Virus record (IMG/VR): IMGVR_UViG_3300009124_000020
DNA from: a virus
Length of the DNA: 52,201 nucleotides
Direction: 5' to 3' (one strand)
The number at the start of each line of letters is the position of its first letter. Within the stretch, counting starts at the first letter, position 1. The notes below the pieces were generated by a model that saw only the letters and a list, made by a program, of their open reading frames with translations, ran no database searches and was not told the origin of the DNA. The translations under genes and the position numbers were made by a program. Shown in pieces: positions 27,212 to 35,262 of this stretch.

Positions 27212-29326
27212 TTATACCCCCTGGTCAAGCATAAGTTCTTCATTATTCAACCAATTTTCACCGAATAAAATTTCAATATCTAAAGGTAAAAGTGGTTTGT
27301 AATCAAAGCGTTGCATCAGCTCTTCTTCAATATCTCGCATAGCCCAAACAAGTGTGTCTGTGACCTCGTTAAATTCTGAAGGGTGGCAGTCAACAACGAT
27401 AGAGTCATGGACTGTTAAAATGATTTTAGATTGAAGATCTAACTCTTTGAATTTTCTAAGAGCACGAACACAAGATAGGGGAACTATGTCAGCAGTAGCG
27501 AAAGATTGAACAGGATAATTAACTACAGCAGTTTGATTTGTAATTCTGCCACCATGTAATCTTTGAGCGTTGGGAAAGGCAAACTCTCTACCACTTGGAG
27601 TTCTAATAATACCCTCTGACATAACAGCATCTACAAGTTCCGTATGCCATTCTTTAAGTCCTTTATAGATATTAAAATATTCTTTGAAGTAATTACGAAT
27701 ATGGTCAGGTTCTCCCATACCAAGACCACCATAGAGAGGAGCGAATGTGTATGCTTTCGCCATCTGTCTTTGTGTTTTATCTATTTTACTTTCGCAACAT
27801 TGATTAATAATGGCTGCTGTTTGTTTATGGACATCTTTACCATTTGTAATGTCATCAATGATCTGACTATCTTTTGAAAGTTCTCCAGCAACTCTAAACT
27901 CTAGTCCAGAGAAGTCTGCTTCAATAATATGCCCCCCATCAAACCTAGAGATTACACATTTCCTTACAGGGAACTTTGAACCTTTGGGTTGATTTTGGAA
28001 GTTAGGATTAGAAGAAGATAATCTTCCTGTACGAGTAGTTGTTTGATTAAAGTTTGCATGAAGTATCCCATCATACCTAGTCCAAGTTTGTATACCTTTT
28101 ACAAAACTATCTAAGTAAGTAGAGATAGCATTTAGTCTTGATACACCTTCTAGGAATTGAACAGCCTTTTCATTACCTTTTGCTTGAGCTTGGGTAACTA
28201 ATCTTTTGATTGTTGTCTTGTCAGTTTTAAACCCATTAATACTAGCATCAGTAGGCCCTTGAGGAACTAATTTTAATCCGGCTGTTGCGTTGGTATTTTG
28301 TAAGATAACTCCTAGAGTATTACAATCTTTGCAGTTAGATGTCTTTACCCAGGGCTGACCATTCTTCTTATATCTCTGATAGTATCCTTTGCCTTTGCAG
28401 TTTGGACATTGATGAGCAATCGTTTTCTTAACAACTCTTGTTGTATTCCTAACAGCAGTAGCAAATTTATTGGGTGTCATTTTAGGTGCGTAAAGAGATT
28501 TACCTCTACTATCGACACCTATGTTAAATGTAGCTTTATGAAGATCTCTATTAGCTACAACTCTGCTATAAACAACCTTCGTCATATCAATCCCACTATT
28601 TAGATTGATAGGAGTATCTCCCATTACATCAGACACGATAGCATTGAGAGTATTTTCTATTTGTTCTTTTTCTTTAAGATAATCTAGTTCAACTTTTTCT
28701 AACTCATCTAAGTCAATCCTAATTCCATTCTGTTCCATTTCACATAAGAACAGCAGCATATCATGAGTAAGATTTAAAACAGGAGTTAGTGATCCTATTT
28801 CATTGACTTGTTGTTGATAGATTTGAGCACAGGACAATACATCAGCATCTGCGTATTCAATGACTGTATCTAAAGGCATAGCTTCAAAGCCTGTACCTTT
28901 TTTAAACATTTCATCTACAAGATCAGATTTCTTTAACTGTACCTGTCTTCTTATAGCTGTACCTTTCAAGGACTTATCTATGTGCTGTCCTCTAGCTAAA
29001 AGGTACTCCCCAACCATAGTACAATGTACCTTACTAGGGATTGGGAAGTTTGCTTCTAAAAGGTACATCAAATCAAACTTAGCATTATGAGCTATTATCT
29101 TTGACGCACTCTTAAGATCCTGGATTAGTTCATTAGGACTATCAGGACTGTCTTTTTCGTTATGGTGAAATATGGCTCTTTTAGGTTCGCCTAATTCATC
29201 ATCTTCAATCATTCTCCAATGGGCAGAAACAATCCTATTCTTTGGATTGAATGGAGAATTATCTATTATGTTATCGGTTAGAGTTTGAACTGTGGTTTCT
29301 AAATCTACTACTATCTCAATCGACAT
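27212..29326 (-). CDS. Family A DNA polymerase with 3'-5' exonuclease domain
   Basis: Exonuclease motifs: VDLETT, HNAKFDL, YADADV. Polymerase motifs: A (DFSGLEFRV), B (RQMAKAYTFAPLYG), C (VHDSIVVD). Confidence 0.9.
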   Translation of the reverse strand: MSIEIVVDLETTVQTLTDNIIDNSPFNPKNRIVSAHWRMIEDDELGEPKRAIFHHNEKDSPDSPNELIQDLKSASKIIAHNAKFDLMYLLEANFPIPSKVHCTMVGEYLLARGQHIDKSLKGTAIRRQVQLKKSDLVDEMFKKGTGFEAMPLDTVIEYADADVLSCAQIYQQQVNEIGSLTPVLNLTHDMLLFLCEMEQNGIRIDLDELEKVELDYLKEKEQIENTLNAIVSDVMGDTPINLNSGIDMTKVVYSRVVANRDLHKATFNIGVDSRGKSLYAPKMTPNKFATAVRNTTRVVKKTIAHQCPNCKGKGYYQRYKKNGQPWVKTSNCKDCNTLGVILQNTNATAGLKLVPQGPTDASINGFKTDKTTIKRLVTQAQAKGNEKAVQFLEGVSRLNAISTYLDSFVKGIQTWTRYDGILHANFNQTTTRTGRLSSSNPNFQNQPKGSKFPVRKCVISRFDGGHIIEADFSGLEFRVAGELSKDSQIIDDITNGKDVHKQTAAIINQCCESKIDKTQRQMAKAYTFAPLYGGLGMGEPDHIRNYFKEYFNIYKGLKEWHTELVDAVMSEGIIRTPSGREFAFPNAQRLHGGRITNQTAVVNYPVQSFATADIVPLSCVRALRKFKELDLQSKIILTVHDSIVVDCHPSEFNEVTDTLVWAMRDIEEELMQRFDYKPLLPLDIEILFGENWLNNEELMLDQGV
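28307..28414 (-). other. DnaJ-type CxxCxGxG zinc-finger insertion between the exonuclease and polymerase domains
   Basis: Residues about 305-340 read HQCPNCKGKGYYQRYKKNGQPWVKTSNCKDCNTLGV. Confidence 0.7.
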
Positions 29327-30548
29327 ATCTACTTACATCAGGTTTTATGTTGCACACGATTGTACCATGCCACCCAGAAAGTTTGTTTTTAGATACTGTG
29401 ATATATCTTGTTAAATCCTGTTCAGCTTCCTCAGAGTCATTTTCTATTTTTCCTATTCCTAGTATTAAGTCGGTTTCTGCACTTTTACCGATCTTGCTTC
29501 CTTCCATTTCAAACGGAGAAAGTTTAGTTCTTCCTTTTGCTTCAGCACTAGCTTGTGAAACTACCAATAGAGCACAATCATATCGTTTAGCTAATTCTCT
29601 AAATCTACGATATAGCTCTCTAAGTCTTTCATGACTTGCAGCAAAAGAACCACCAATATGAACTTTATCTGCTTGGTCTAAGATAACTACATCAGGGTTC
29701 ATCTTTTCAATAAATCCTTCTACTTCATCTAAAGACCAATCTTGTATGTCTTTCATTTCTATGTTGTCAGAAATCTTTGCAAAATATTCTCTAGCTTTGG
29801 TAGGGTTCTCTAAGATTTGTTTCTTAGTCATGTTGGTACAAGACTGTATTACTCGTAGCATTGTTCTATCTGTTTTTTCTTCATTACCAAGATAAAGAAC
29901 TTGTGCTCCTTGATGACAAAACCCACCTGGAGCAGCACAGAAAGAAACAGCACAAGCAGTCTTACCTGTTTCAGGAGTAGCGAAGATAACGCCAAACTCA
30001 CCAGGGCCTATCCCATAAACATTCTTATGAAGATATTTGAGATTGAACTTCCATCTATTTTTATCAGAAGTAAATTCTAAAAGTTCTTCAATGTCTTTTG
30101 TTGTTGTGGGGCCATAGTCATCAGGCATGAATGACTCTTTGGATTTTTCTATAAGATGTTCTAGGTTTTTAAGAGCGTTATGTTTACCTTCTGTAATCTC
30201 TAAGCCTATATGAGCTATCTTACGACCTATCTCTCTTTTCCAGAGATCTTCAATAACATCAGAAGCAATATCAAAAGAAATAGGATCTTCAGTTTGAATG
30301 CTTGTAATTAATTCTTTCATGGAATCAATCTCTGATCTAGTCGCAACAGGATACTTCTTTTTCCAAAGTTCAAATAGATCTGTTTCAGTTAAATCGTGAG
30401 AGTACTTTTTGTGGGCTTCTTTTAGTACTTGAAAGACATCAGCGACTTCATCATCAAACAATGTAGCCTTGAGTCTATTTTTGTTTTCATCAAAGAACTG
30501 ATAATTTAATAGTGATTTCAGTATCTTCGTGTCATTTGTAACGCTCAT
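29316..30548 (-). CDS. DnaB/T7 gp4-like replicative helicase (RecA-fold domain only)
   Basis: Walker A is GVIFATPETGKT and Walker B is VVILDQADK. It is adjacent to a separate primase gene. Confidence 0.8.
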   Translation of the reverse strand: MSVTNDTKILKSLLNYQFFDENKNRLKATLFDDEVADVFQVLKEAHKKYSHDLTETDLFELWKKKYPVATRSEIDSMKELITSIQTEDPISFDIASDVIEDLWKREIGRKIAHIGLEITEGKHNALKNLEHLIEKSKESFMPDDYGPTTTKDIEELLEFTSDKNRWKFNLKYLHKNVYGIGPGEFGVIFATPETGKTACAVSFCAAPGGFCHQGAQVLYLGNEEKTDRTMLRVIQSCTNMTKKQILENPTKAREYFAKISDNIEMKDIQDWSLDEVEGFIEKMNPDVVILDQADKVHIGGSFAASHERLRELYRRFRELAKRYDCALLVVSQASAEAKGRTKLSPFEMEGSKIGKSAETDLILGIGKIENDSEEAEQDLTRYITVSKNKLSGWHGTIVCNIKPDVSRYVD

Positions 30549-30650
30549 CTCCTAACTCCTCAATTACTTAACGCATTTATTAGTGTCACAGGATAACACA
30601 TATTGCAAATAAATTGATAGCTAATAACTGTAAAAGTTTTGTAAAAATAG

Positions 30651-30678
30651 AAAAAAAAACCCCTCTAAAGAGAGGGGC
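30651..30678 (-). terminator. Intrinsic terminator; its 28-nt sequence is repeated at 37468-37494
   Basis: On the minus strand, hairpin CCCCTCT-CTTT-AGAGGGG is followed by T9. Confidence 0.7.
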
Positions 30679-30717
30679 TTAAACTTTGATTAAAAAAGTA
30701 GCAAAAAAATACTTAAA

Positions 30718-30924
30718 TCAGCTAATTCTCAATTTCATTTTTTTGATGTCTGGTTTCTTTCCAGTATCTCTTCTTTCACGAATATCAACTTCGTGATATA
30801 TGACTCTAGGGTTTCCTTTCACTAGACTTGCTATAGCCTTTTCTAAGGCTTCTTGTTCTTCAGCAGCATCTTTGAACCCACCAGGTAAGTTATAGTCTAT
30901 GATTGCTATTGCTCTAGCTTTCAT
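30718..30924 (-). CDS. Hypothetical protein
   Basis: 68-aa ORF between the primase gene and the terminator. Confidence 0.5.
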   Translation of the reverse strand: MKARAIAIIDYNLPGGFKDAAEEQEALEKAIASLVKGNPRVIYHEVDIRERRDTGKKPDIKKMKLRIS

Positions 30925-30952
30925 GACCTCTCCTCTTCTTTTTAGTTATTTT

Positions 30953-31753
30953 TTATTTATTTAGTAGTTTCCTTAGTCTGCTCGACCCCATGTTTTTTAT
31001 ATCTTCTTCAAGTAGAAGAACTTTTGGGTTTATTCCATTATAAGTGCTCTTACTATGCTTGATACTAGTTGCCCTAGCATCAGCGTCAAGTGCTATTGTT
31101 AGTGCTTTGAACTGTTTTAATTGTTGTCGTTGTTGATGTTCTATATTTGTTCCTAATAAAGCCACTCCGACATATCCAGGTATCTCACTAACTACACAAG
31201 CTGAAGGCACATCTTCTACTACAATAGCATGATCGCCTTTACCTATAATAAAGCAACCTGAAGTATCTCCATAGACTTTCCATTTAGGTATTTTAAACTT
31301 CTTATTAGTTGGGGGATCTCCAATATACCTACCAACAGCCCCTGTCTTATTATTCATAAAGAAGAGTACTCGTTGGTCTCTAGGTGTGTACTTAATGTGT
31401 ACTGCATGAGTATTGTATACATCAAAGCAATTAACATCTTTTAAATACTGTATAGCGTTGGGGTGGTACTCAATGTTAGATAAAATTGAAGGTATCTCAT
31501 TCGGATTAGATTTCTTGAATGTTGGCTTACCTGAAGACAAACGATCTTTAATTGAATGAATAGACAGCTTACTATCTTTAACTCCTTTGGCATTACAAGA
31601 AGCCTTATAACAATTCCAGAGAAGTCTTCCTTGGTGCTTAGAAAGAGATAAAGTTTTATGGCCCCCACAGAAAGGACAGTTAATTCTCTTACTAGAGTTA
31701 TCTCTAAGTATGACGCTTTTGATCGTTTCGTATTGTTCTTTAAATGAATACAT
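30953..31753 (-). CDS. DNA primase (zinc ribbon plus TOPRIM)
   Basis: Zinc ribbon CPFCGGHK...WNCYKASC. TOPRIM acidic motifs VVEDVPSA and ALDAD. The start is at MYSFKEQ, preceded by GAGGG. Confidence 0.75.
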   Translation of the reverse strand: MYSFKEQYETIKSVILRDNSSKRINCPFCGGHKTLSLSKHQGRLLWNCYKASCNAKGVKDSKLSIHSIKDRLSSGKPTFKKSNPNEIPSILSNIEYHPNAIQYLKDVNCFDVYNTHAVHIKYTPRDQRVLFFMNNKTGAVGRYIGDPPTNKKFKIPKWKVYGDTSGCFIIGKGDHAIVVEDVPSACVVSEIPGYVGVALLGTNIEHQQRQQLKQFKALTIALDADARATSIKHSKSTYNGINPKVLLLEEDIKNMGSSRLRKLLNK

Positions 31754-31833
31754 TAATAAAACCCTCAACTATGACACTTGTTATGAGAATAGTAACTGAT
31801 TTTTGTTGTAAGTGCTTGTTTTTGTTAAAAAGT

Positions 31834-31878
31834 GTCATAACCTGAAGGTCGTAGGTTCAAATCCTACTCCCGCAACCA
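31834..31878 (+). other. attP core candidate: a copy of the 3' half of an initiator tRNA-fMet, from the anticodon loop to CCA
   Basis: GTCATAACCTGAAGGTCGTAGGTTCAAATCCTACTCCCGCAACCA compares with E. coli tRNA-fMet CTCATAACCCGAAGGTCGTCGGTTCAAATCCGGCCCCCGCAACCA. There is no matching 5' half. It lies 380 nt from the integrase gene. Confidence 0.7.
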
Positions 31879-31952
31879 ACATTTTGAAACTATTAGATTT
31901 TACTATTCCCATAACTATTCAAATTGAGTTGAGTTGGTAAAAGTTGAGAATC

Positions 31953-32267
31953 TTACTGATTCTTGATGAAAATTCCATCTTTCATGACTCCTGTTCTATC
32001 CTTGATGTCTTCGTATGCTACTTGCATACATTCCTTTAAAGAGACCCCTCTTCGTTCAGCAATGTTAATTAGAATTACTAAAATATCTCCAACATCATCT
32101 CTAATGTCTTTGCCTTTACAAACATTGTCTGAAAGTTCTCCTACCTCTTGTATCAGCTTAAGAACTTGATCCTTTTCTGTAGAACCTTCTATTAAGTTTC
32201 TATCTTTGTGCCATTCAACAATTTGGTTGATGACTTTGTGTGTGCATTGAAATTCCATATTATCCAA
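31953..32267 (-). CDS. mazG: MazG-like nucleoside triphosphate pyrophosphohydrolase
   Basis: The EVGELSD...DDVGDILVILINIA metal-binding helix pattern is present in a 104-aa protein. Confidence 0.75.
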   Translation of the reverse strand: MDNMEFQCTHKVINQIVEWHKDRNLIEGSTEKDQVLKLIQEVGELSDNVCKGKDIRDDVGDILVILINIAERRGVSLKECMQVAYEDIKDRTGVMKDGIFIKNQ

Positions 32268-33333
32268 ACCTCTTGTTAATTCCTGTGGCTGCTAACTTGT
32301 CTGTTGGTCTTACATAAATAGACAAAACATCTCGTGATTGATGCCCTGTAACAGATCTAAGTTCATCTTCAGTACAACCACTTTCAGCCATTTCGGTTGC
32401 ACCTGTTCTTCTAAGGTCACTTATCTTTAACTCTTTAGGGAGTTTTGCTTCTTCTTTAATTATTGCAGCCCATTTAGAGTAAAGCCTACGATCAAATCCT
32501 TTATGGGTAGCTTCACAAACCACGATGGAATCTTCTTCCTTCCTATTCGTTGGAATGTTAGACAAGCGTTCAATCAATCTAGGTGAGCCTGGAATGTTTA
32601 CTCTTTGTCCTGTCTTCTCTTGGATAAACTCAAAAGAGTAGCCATCATAGTTAGACCATGTAAGCTGTCGCATATCTCCAGGTCTTTGACATAAATCATA
32701 ACAAAGCAAAGCTAGAGTACCTACTGACCCTTTGTTCATCTCATCAGCAGTAGCTATGAATGCCTTTACTTGTTCAGGAGACCAAAGAACTGTTCTGCTC
32801 TTCAATCCTTTTAGTCCCATCTTCTCAAACGGATTAGATTGAACTTTTGAATGTCTTTTACCTACAAACCAAATCTTTCGTAGCACTTTGATTGTGTGCA
32901 CAGCTCTATGCCTACTTACTTGCTTAGTTATAGTATCGTAAATCTTGTCGGTATGAGTTGGTGTGACTGTTCTAGCTAGATAGTCTTTGAGAAGTATCTT
33001 TGACTCACCGATACGAGTGTCTAATGCTGTTCGTATCATGAGGTTGTAAAGATCTTTAGTATTGTCTTTGAGTTTAGTCCATTCGTTAGTGGTCTTATAG
33101 AAGGCAATTAGACCCCCAACAGTATCTTGCTTGATGGAGATGTCTTTCTTATTGCCTTTCTTATACTCCTGGTAAGCATCTGCTATCTGCATAGCCCTAT
33201 TGATAGCATCTTTCTTAGCTTCGTATTGTTCGTACTTAACTCCAAGGGCCTGTTGGACATAAGGGGGTGGAGAGACAGCAAAAATGATCCTACCATTCGC
33301 CCTAGCTCTCGTTTCCAGGTATTTTACTTTCAT
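32260..33333 (-). CDS. int: Tyrosine integrase
   Basis: Catalytic-domain motifs are present: CQRPGDMRQLTW, DLRRTGATEMAESG, and GHQSRDVLSIYV (R..H-x-x-R..Y). Confidence 0.9.
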   Translation of the reverse strand: MKVKYLETRARANGRIIFAVSPPPYVQQALGVKYEQYEAKKDAINRAMQIADAYQEYKKGNKKDISIKQDTVGGLIAFYKTTNEWTKLKDNTKDLYNLMIRTALDTRIGESKILLKDYLARTVTPTHTDKIYDTITKQVSRHRAVHTIKVLRKIWFVGKRHSKVQSNPFEKMGLKGLKSRTVLWSPEQVKAFIATADEMNKGSVGTLALLCYDLCQRPGDMRQLTWSNYDGYSFEFIQEKTGQRVNIPGSPRLIERLSNIPTNRKEEDSIVVCEATHKGFDRRLYSKWAAIIKEEAKLPKELKISDLRRTGATEMAESGCTEDELRSVTGHQSRDVLSIYVRPTDKLAATGINKRFG

Positions 33334-33372
33334 AATTACTCCTATAAGTGTCTTAGTTAGTTATGAGAACTC

Positions 33373-33401
33373 AGGATAGTATCATAATTTATTAGTGTCA
33401 A
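33373..33401 (-). promoter_or_regulatory. Leftward promoter for int (P_int) overlapping a palindromic operator
   Basis: On the minus strand: TTGACA (33401-33396), 17-nt spacer, TATCCT (33378-33373). The -35 lies inside TAGTGTCAACACTA. Confidence 0.45.
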
Positions 33402-33414
33402 CACTATTGTCATA
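33393..33414. repeat. Left arm of a 22-bp inverted repeat (partner 34789-34810, 21 of 22 identical), containing the palindrome TAGTGT-CA-ACACTA
   Basis: TAGTGTCAACACTATTGTCATA compares with the reverse complement of 34789-34810, TAGTGTCAACACTAATGTCATA. Confidence 0.85.
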
Positions 33415-33435
33415 GTAATGGTATTAAGCTATCAT
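33407..33435 (+). promoter_or_regulatory. Rightward promoter, back to back with P_int
   Basis: TTGTCA (33407-33412), 17-nt spacer, TATCAT (33430-33435). Confidence 0.35.
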
Positions 33436-33478
33436 GTAATCTCTCTCCTCAAGAGAACTTCATTGCTAGTGGAGTTGA

Positions 33479-33507
33479 CCCCCTGGGGAGACCTGGGGGG
33501 TTTTTTA
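33479..33507 (+). terminator. Intrinsic terminator or attenuator hairpin immediately upstream of the methyltransferase gene
   Basis: GC-rich hairpin CCCCCTGGG-GAGA-CCTGGGGGG, followed by T6. Confidence 0.6.
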
Positions 33508-33508
33508 T

Positions 33509-33528
33509 TTATAGCTGCGTCAGAATAT
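33509..33528 (+). repeat. 20-bp direct repeat, copy 1 (TTATAGCTGCGTCAGAATAT)
   Basis: 19 of 20 nt identical to 34657-34676. It overlaps the ATG of the methyltransferase gene. Confidence 0.85.
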
Positions 33529-34453
33529 GAGCTACGAAATACATCAAGGAAATTGCATAGACATTCTCAAAGAATTACCAGAGAAGTCCGTAAATACCTG
33601 TGTCACTTCCCCACCTTACTTTGGTCTCAGAAACTATGGAACTGAGGGTCAATTTGGTATGGAAGAAACGATAGATGAGTTCGTAGATAATCTTGTCAAA
33701 GTCTTTCAAGGAGTAAAACGAGTTCTAAAAGATGATGGAACTGTGTGGCTTAATCTTGGGGATAGTTATGGTGCTCAAAAAGGAAAAGGTTTCAATACTC
33801 ATGCCGATCAAGGAACAGGTAATCGTGTCCAGGAGATGCAAAAGAAGTATGGAGACATCAAAGTTAAGACAGGTTTACCAGCTAAGAATTTATTAGGTAT
33901 TCCTTGGAGAGTTGCTTTAGCTCTTCAAGCTGATGGTTGGATCTTACGACAAGACATCATTTGGCATAAACCAAACCCTATGCCTGAAAGTTGTAGAGAT
34001 CGCTGCACAAAAGCTCATGAATATATCTTCTTACTCTCTAAGAACCAGAAGTATTACTATGACCATGAAGCAATAAAAGAACCATCTAAGTATCCTAATG
34101 GGCCTATAACCCCAGCAAGTATTGGAAAAAAGAATAAAGAGCTTCCAGGCTTTGAGATTAGAGATGGTCTAAAGAACATGACAGGCAGTTATCCAACTAA
34201 AAATAAAAGATCTGTATGGACTGTGACTACTAAGCCATGCAAAGAAGCTCATTTTGCTACTTTTCCGATAGATTTAATTGAACCCTGCGTATTAGCTGGT
34301 AGTCCAGAAGGTGGAACAGTTCTTGATCCTTTTGGTGGAAGTGGAACAACTACTATTGCTGCTGAAAAACATAAAAGAAACTCAATCTTAATTGAATTAA
34401 ATCCAGAGTATATTGAACTAGCAAAAAACCGAATCCGACAGCATGAAGATTGA
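33527..34453 (+). CDS. Beta-class N4/N6 DNA methyltransferase (SPPY motif)
   Basis: Motif IV (VTSPPYFGLRNY) precedes motif I (VLDPFGGSGTT), which is the beta permutation, and the N-terminus resembles CcrM. No Shine-Dalgarno sequence is visible. Confidence 0.85.
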   Translation: MSYEIHQGNCIDILKELPEKSVNTCVTSPPYFGLRNYGTEGQFGMEETIDEFVDNLVKVFQGVKRVLKDDGTVWLNLGDSYGAQKGKGFNTHADQGTGNRVQEMQKKYGDIKVKTGLPAKNLLGIPWRVALALQADGWILRQDIIWHKPNPMPESCRDRCTKAHEYIFLLSKNQKYYYDHEAIKEPSKYPNGPITPASIGKKNKELPGFEIRDGLKNMTGSYPTKNKRSVWTVTTKPCKEAHFATFPIDLIEPCVLAGSPEGGTVLDPFGGSGTTTIAAEKHKRNSILIELNPEYIELAKNRIRQHED

Positions 34454-34652
34454 CAAGGAAGCGTTGCAAGAGACCCTGCATGATGTCTTCCTGGGACTAT
34501 TGATCGCTTTTCCGGTTGGTTTTATGAGTTTATCAATCTGTCGTATGCTAGATCTGAACACTCTGACCACTAGCTTCATTCAAACAAGTATTTTTCTTTT
34601 CATCTCGATCATTCGTAAGTATTACATTCGGCTGCTCTATAAAAATAAATAG
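34443..34652 (+). CDS. Small membrane protein
   Basis: 69 aa with two hydrophobic segments. It overlaps the methyltransferase gene end by 11 nt. Confidence 0.45.
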   Translation: MKIDKEALQETLHDVFLGLLIAFPVGFMSLSICRMLDLNTLTTSFIQTSIFLFISIIRKYYIRLLYKNK

Positions 34653-34656
34653 ATCG

Positions 34657-34676
34657 TTATACCTGCGTCAGAATAT
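34657..34676 (+). repeat. 20-bp direct repeat, copy 2 (TTATACCTGCGTCAGAATAT)
   Basis: 19 of 20 nt identical to 33509-33528. It starts 5 nt after the stop of the small membrane gene. Confidence 0.85.
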
Positions 34677-34788
34677 ACCATAGCCCCCATCAGTTTAGAC
34701 TTCATTTAAAGGGATCTTAAAAAAGATCTTCATACCCAGGAGACCTCCAGGTGGTCTTCAATCAGATACCAAAATCAGTTTTTATTCC

Positions 34789-34810
34789 TTATGACATTAG
34801 TGTTGACACT
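34789..34810. repeat. Right arm of the 22-bp inverted repeat, overlapping the -35 of the rightward promoter
   Basis: See 33393-33414. Confidence 0.85.
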
Positions 34811-34829
34811 AGTAATGACATGAGTAAAA
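34802..34829 (+). promoter_or_regulatory. Rightward promoter for the 34879-36981 accessory cluster
   Basis: TTGACA (34802-34807), 16-nt spacer, TAAAAT (34824-34829). AGGAG at 34865-34869 precedes the ATG at 34879. Confidence 0.6.
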
Positions 34830-34878
34830 TGTAGTTATGGGAACAATTATGTTCCTTGTTATTTAGGAGTAATAAACT

Positions 34879-35262
34879 ATGAAAAGTAGACTAACTTTCA
34901 AGTCGAATAAGTCGCTTCGCAAATTAGCGAGTGAGACTATCAAATCGAGCAACTTCAAAATTGCTTATCGTGATAAATACACTTCAGAAAAATCTTTTTA
35001 TCTTGTCAAAGATGATGGGATTTATTTGATGAATGCTTATCAAACGCCAAAAGATAAAACACCAAAAACAAATAATACTGTTGTTTATGCTAGTGGCTTC
35101 AACCCAAATTTTAATGAAGATATTTGGGAGAAAACTTACGCTGTCTCTTCTGACGATTTCGCAATGAATATCGTATTAGATGATGGTCAATTAGAACGCA
35201 TTGCAAATGGTGGGACTGTCACAGTCACTCTTGCTGAAGACTATTATGAGGTGAGAGCATGA
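34879..35262 (+). CDS. DUF3085-like protein
   Basis: FYLVKDDGIYLMN...VVYASGFNP...W...SSDDF resembles the DUF3085 pattern recalled from ICE and plasmid accessory regions. Confidence 0.4.
   Translation: MKSRLTFKSNKSLRKLASETIKSSNFKIAYRDKYTSEKSFYLVKDDGIYLMNAYQTPKDKTPKTNNTVVYASGFNPNFNEDIWEKTYAVSSDDFAMNIVLDDGQLERIANGGTVTVTLAEDYYEVRA

Noticed and set aside
31441-31668. 75-aa minus-strand ORF inside the primase gene
   Set aside because: It is an alternative frame of a gene with clear zinc-ribbon and TOPRIM motifs.
31780-33369. GTTATGAGAA direct repeat (31780-31789 and 33360-33369) flanking the int-mazG-attP module
   Set aside because: A 10-mer recurring once in an AT-rich 52-kb genome is expected by chance, so I did not treat it as a cassette boundary.
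33418-33645. 75-aa plus-strand ORF overlapping the methyltransferase start
   Set aside because: It runs through the terminator hairpin and the direct repeat, in a different frame from the motif-bearing methyltransferase ORF.
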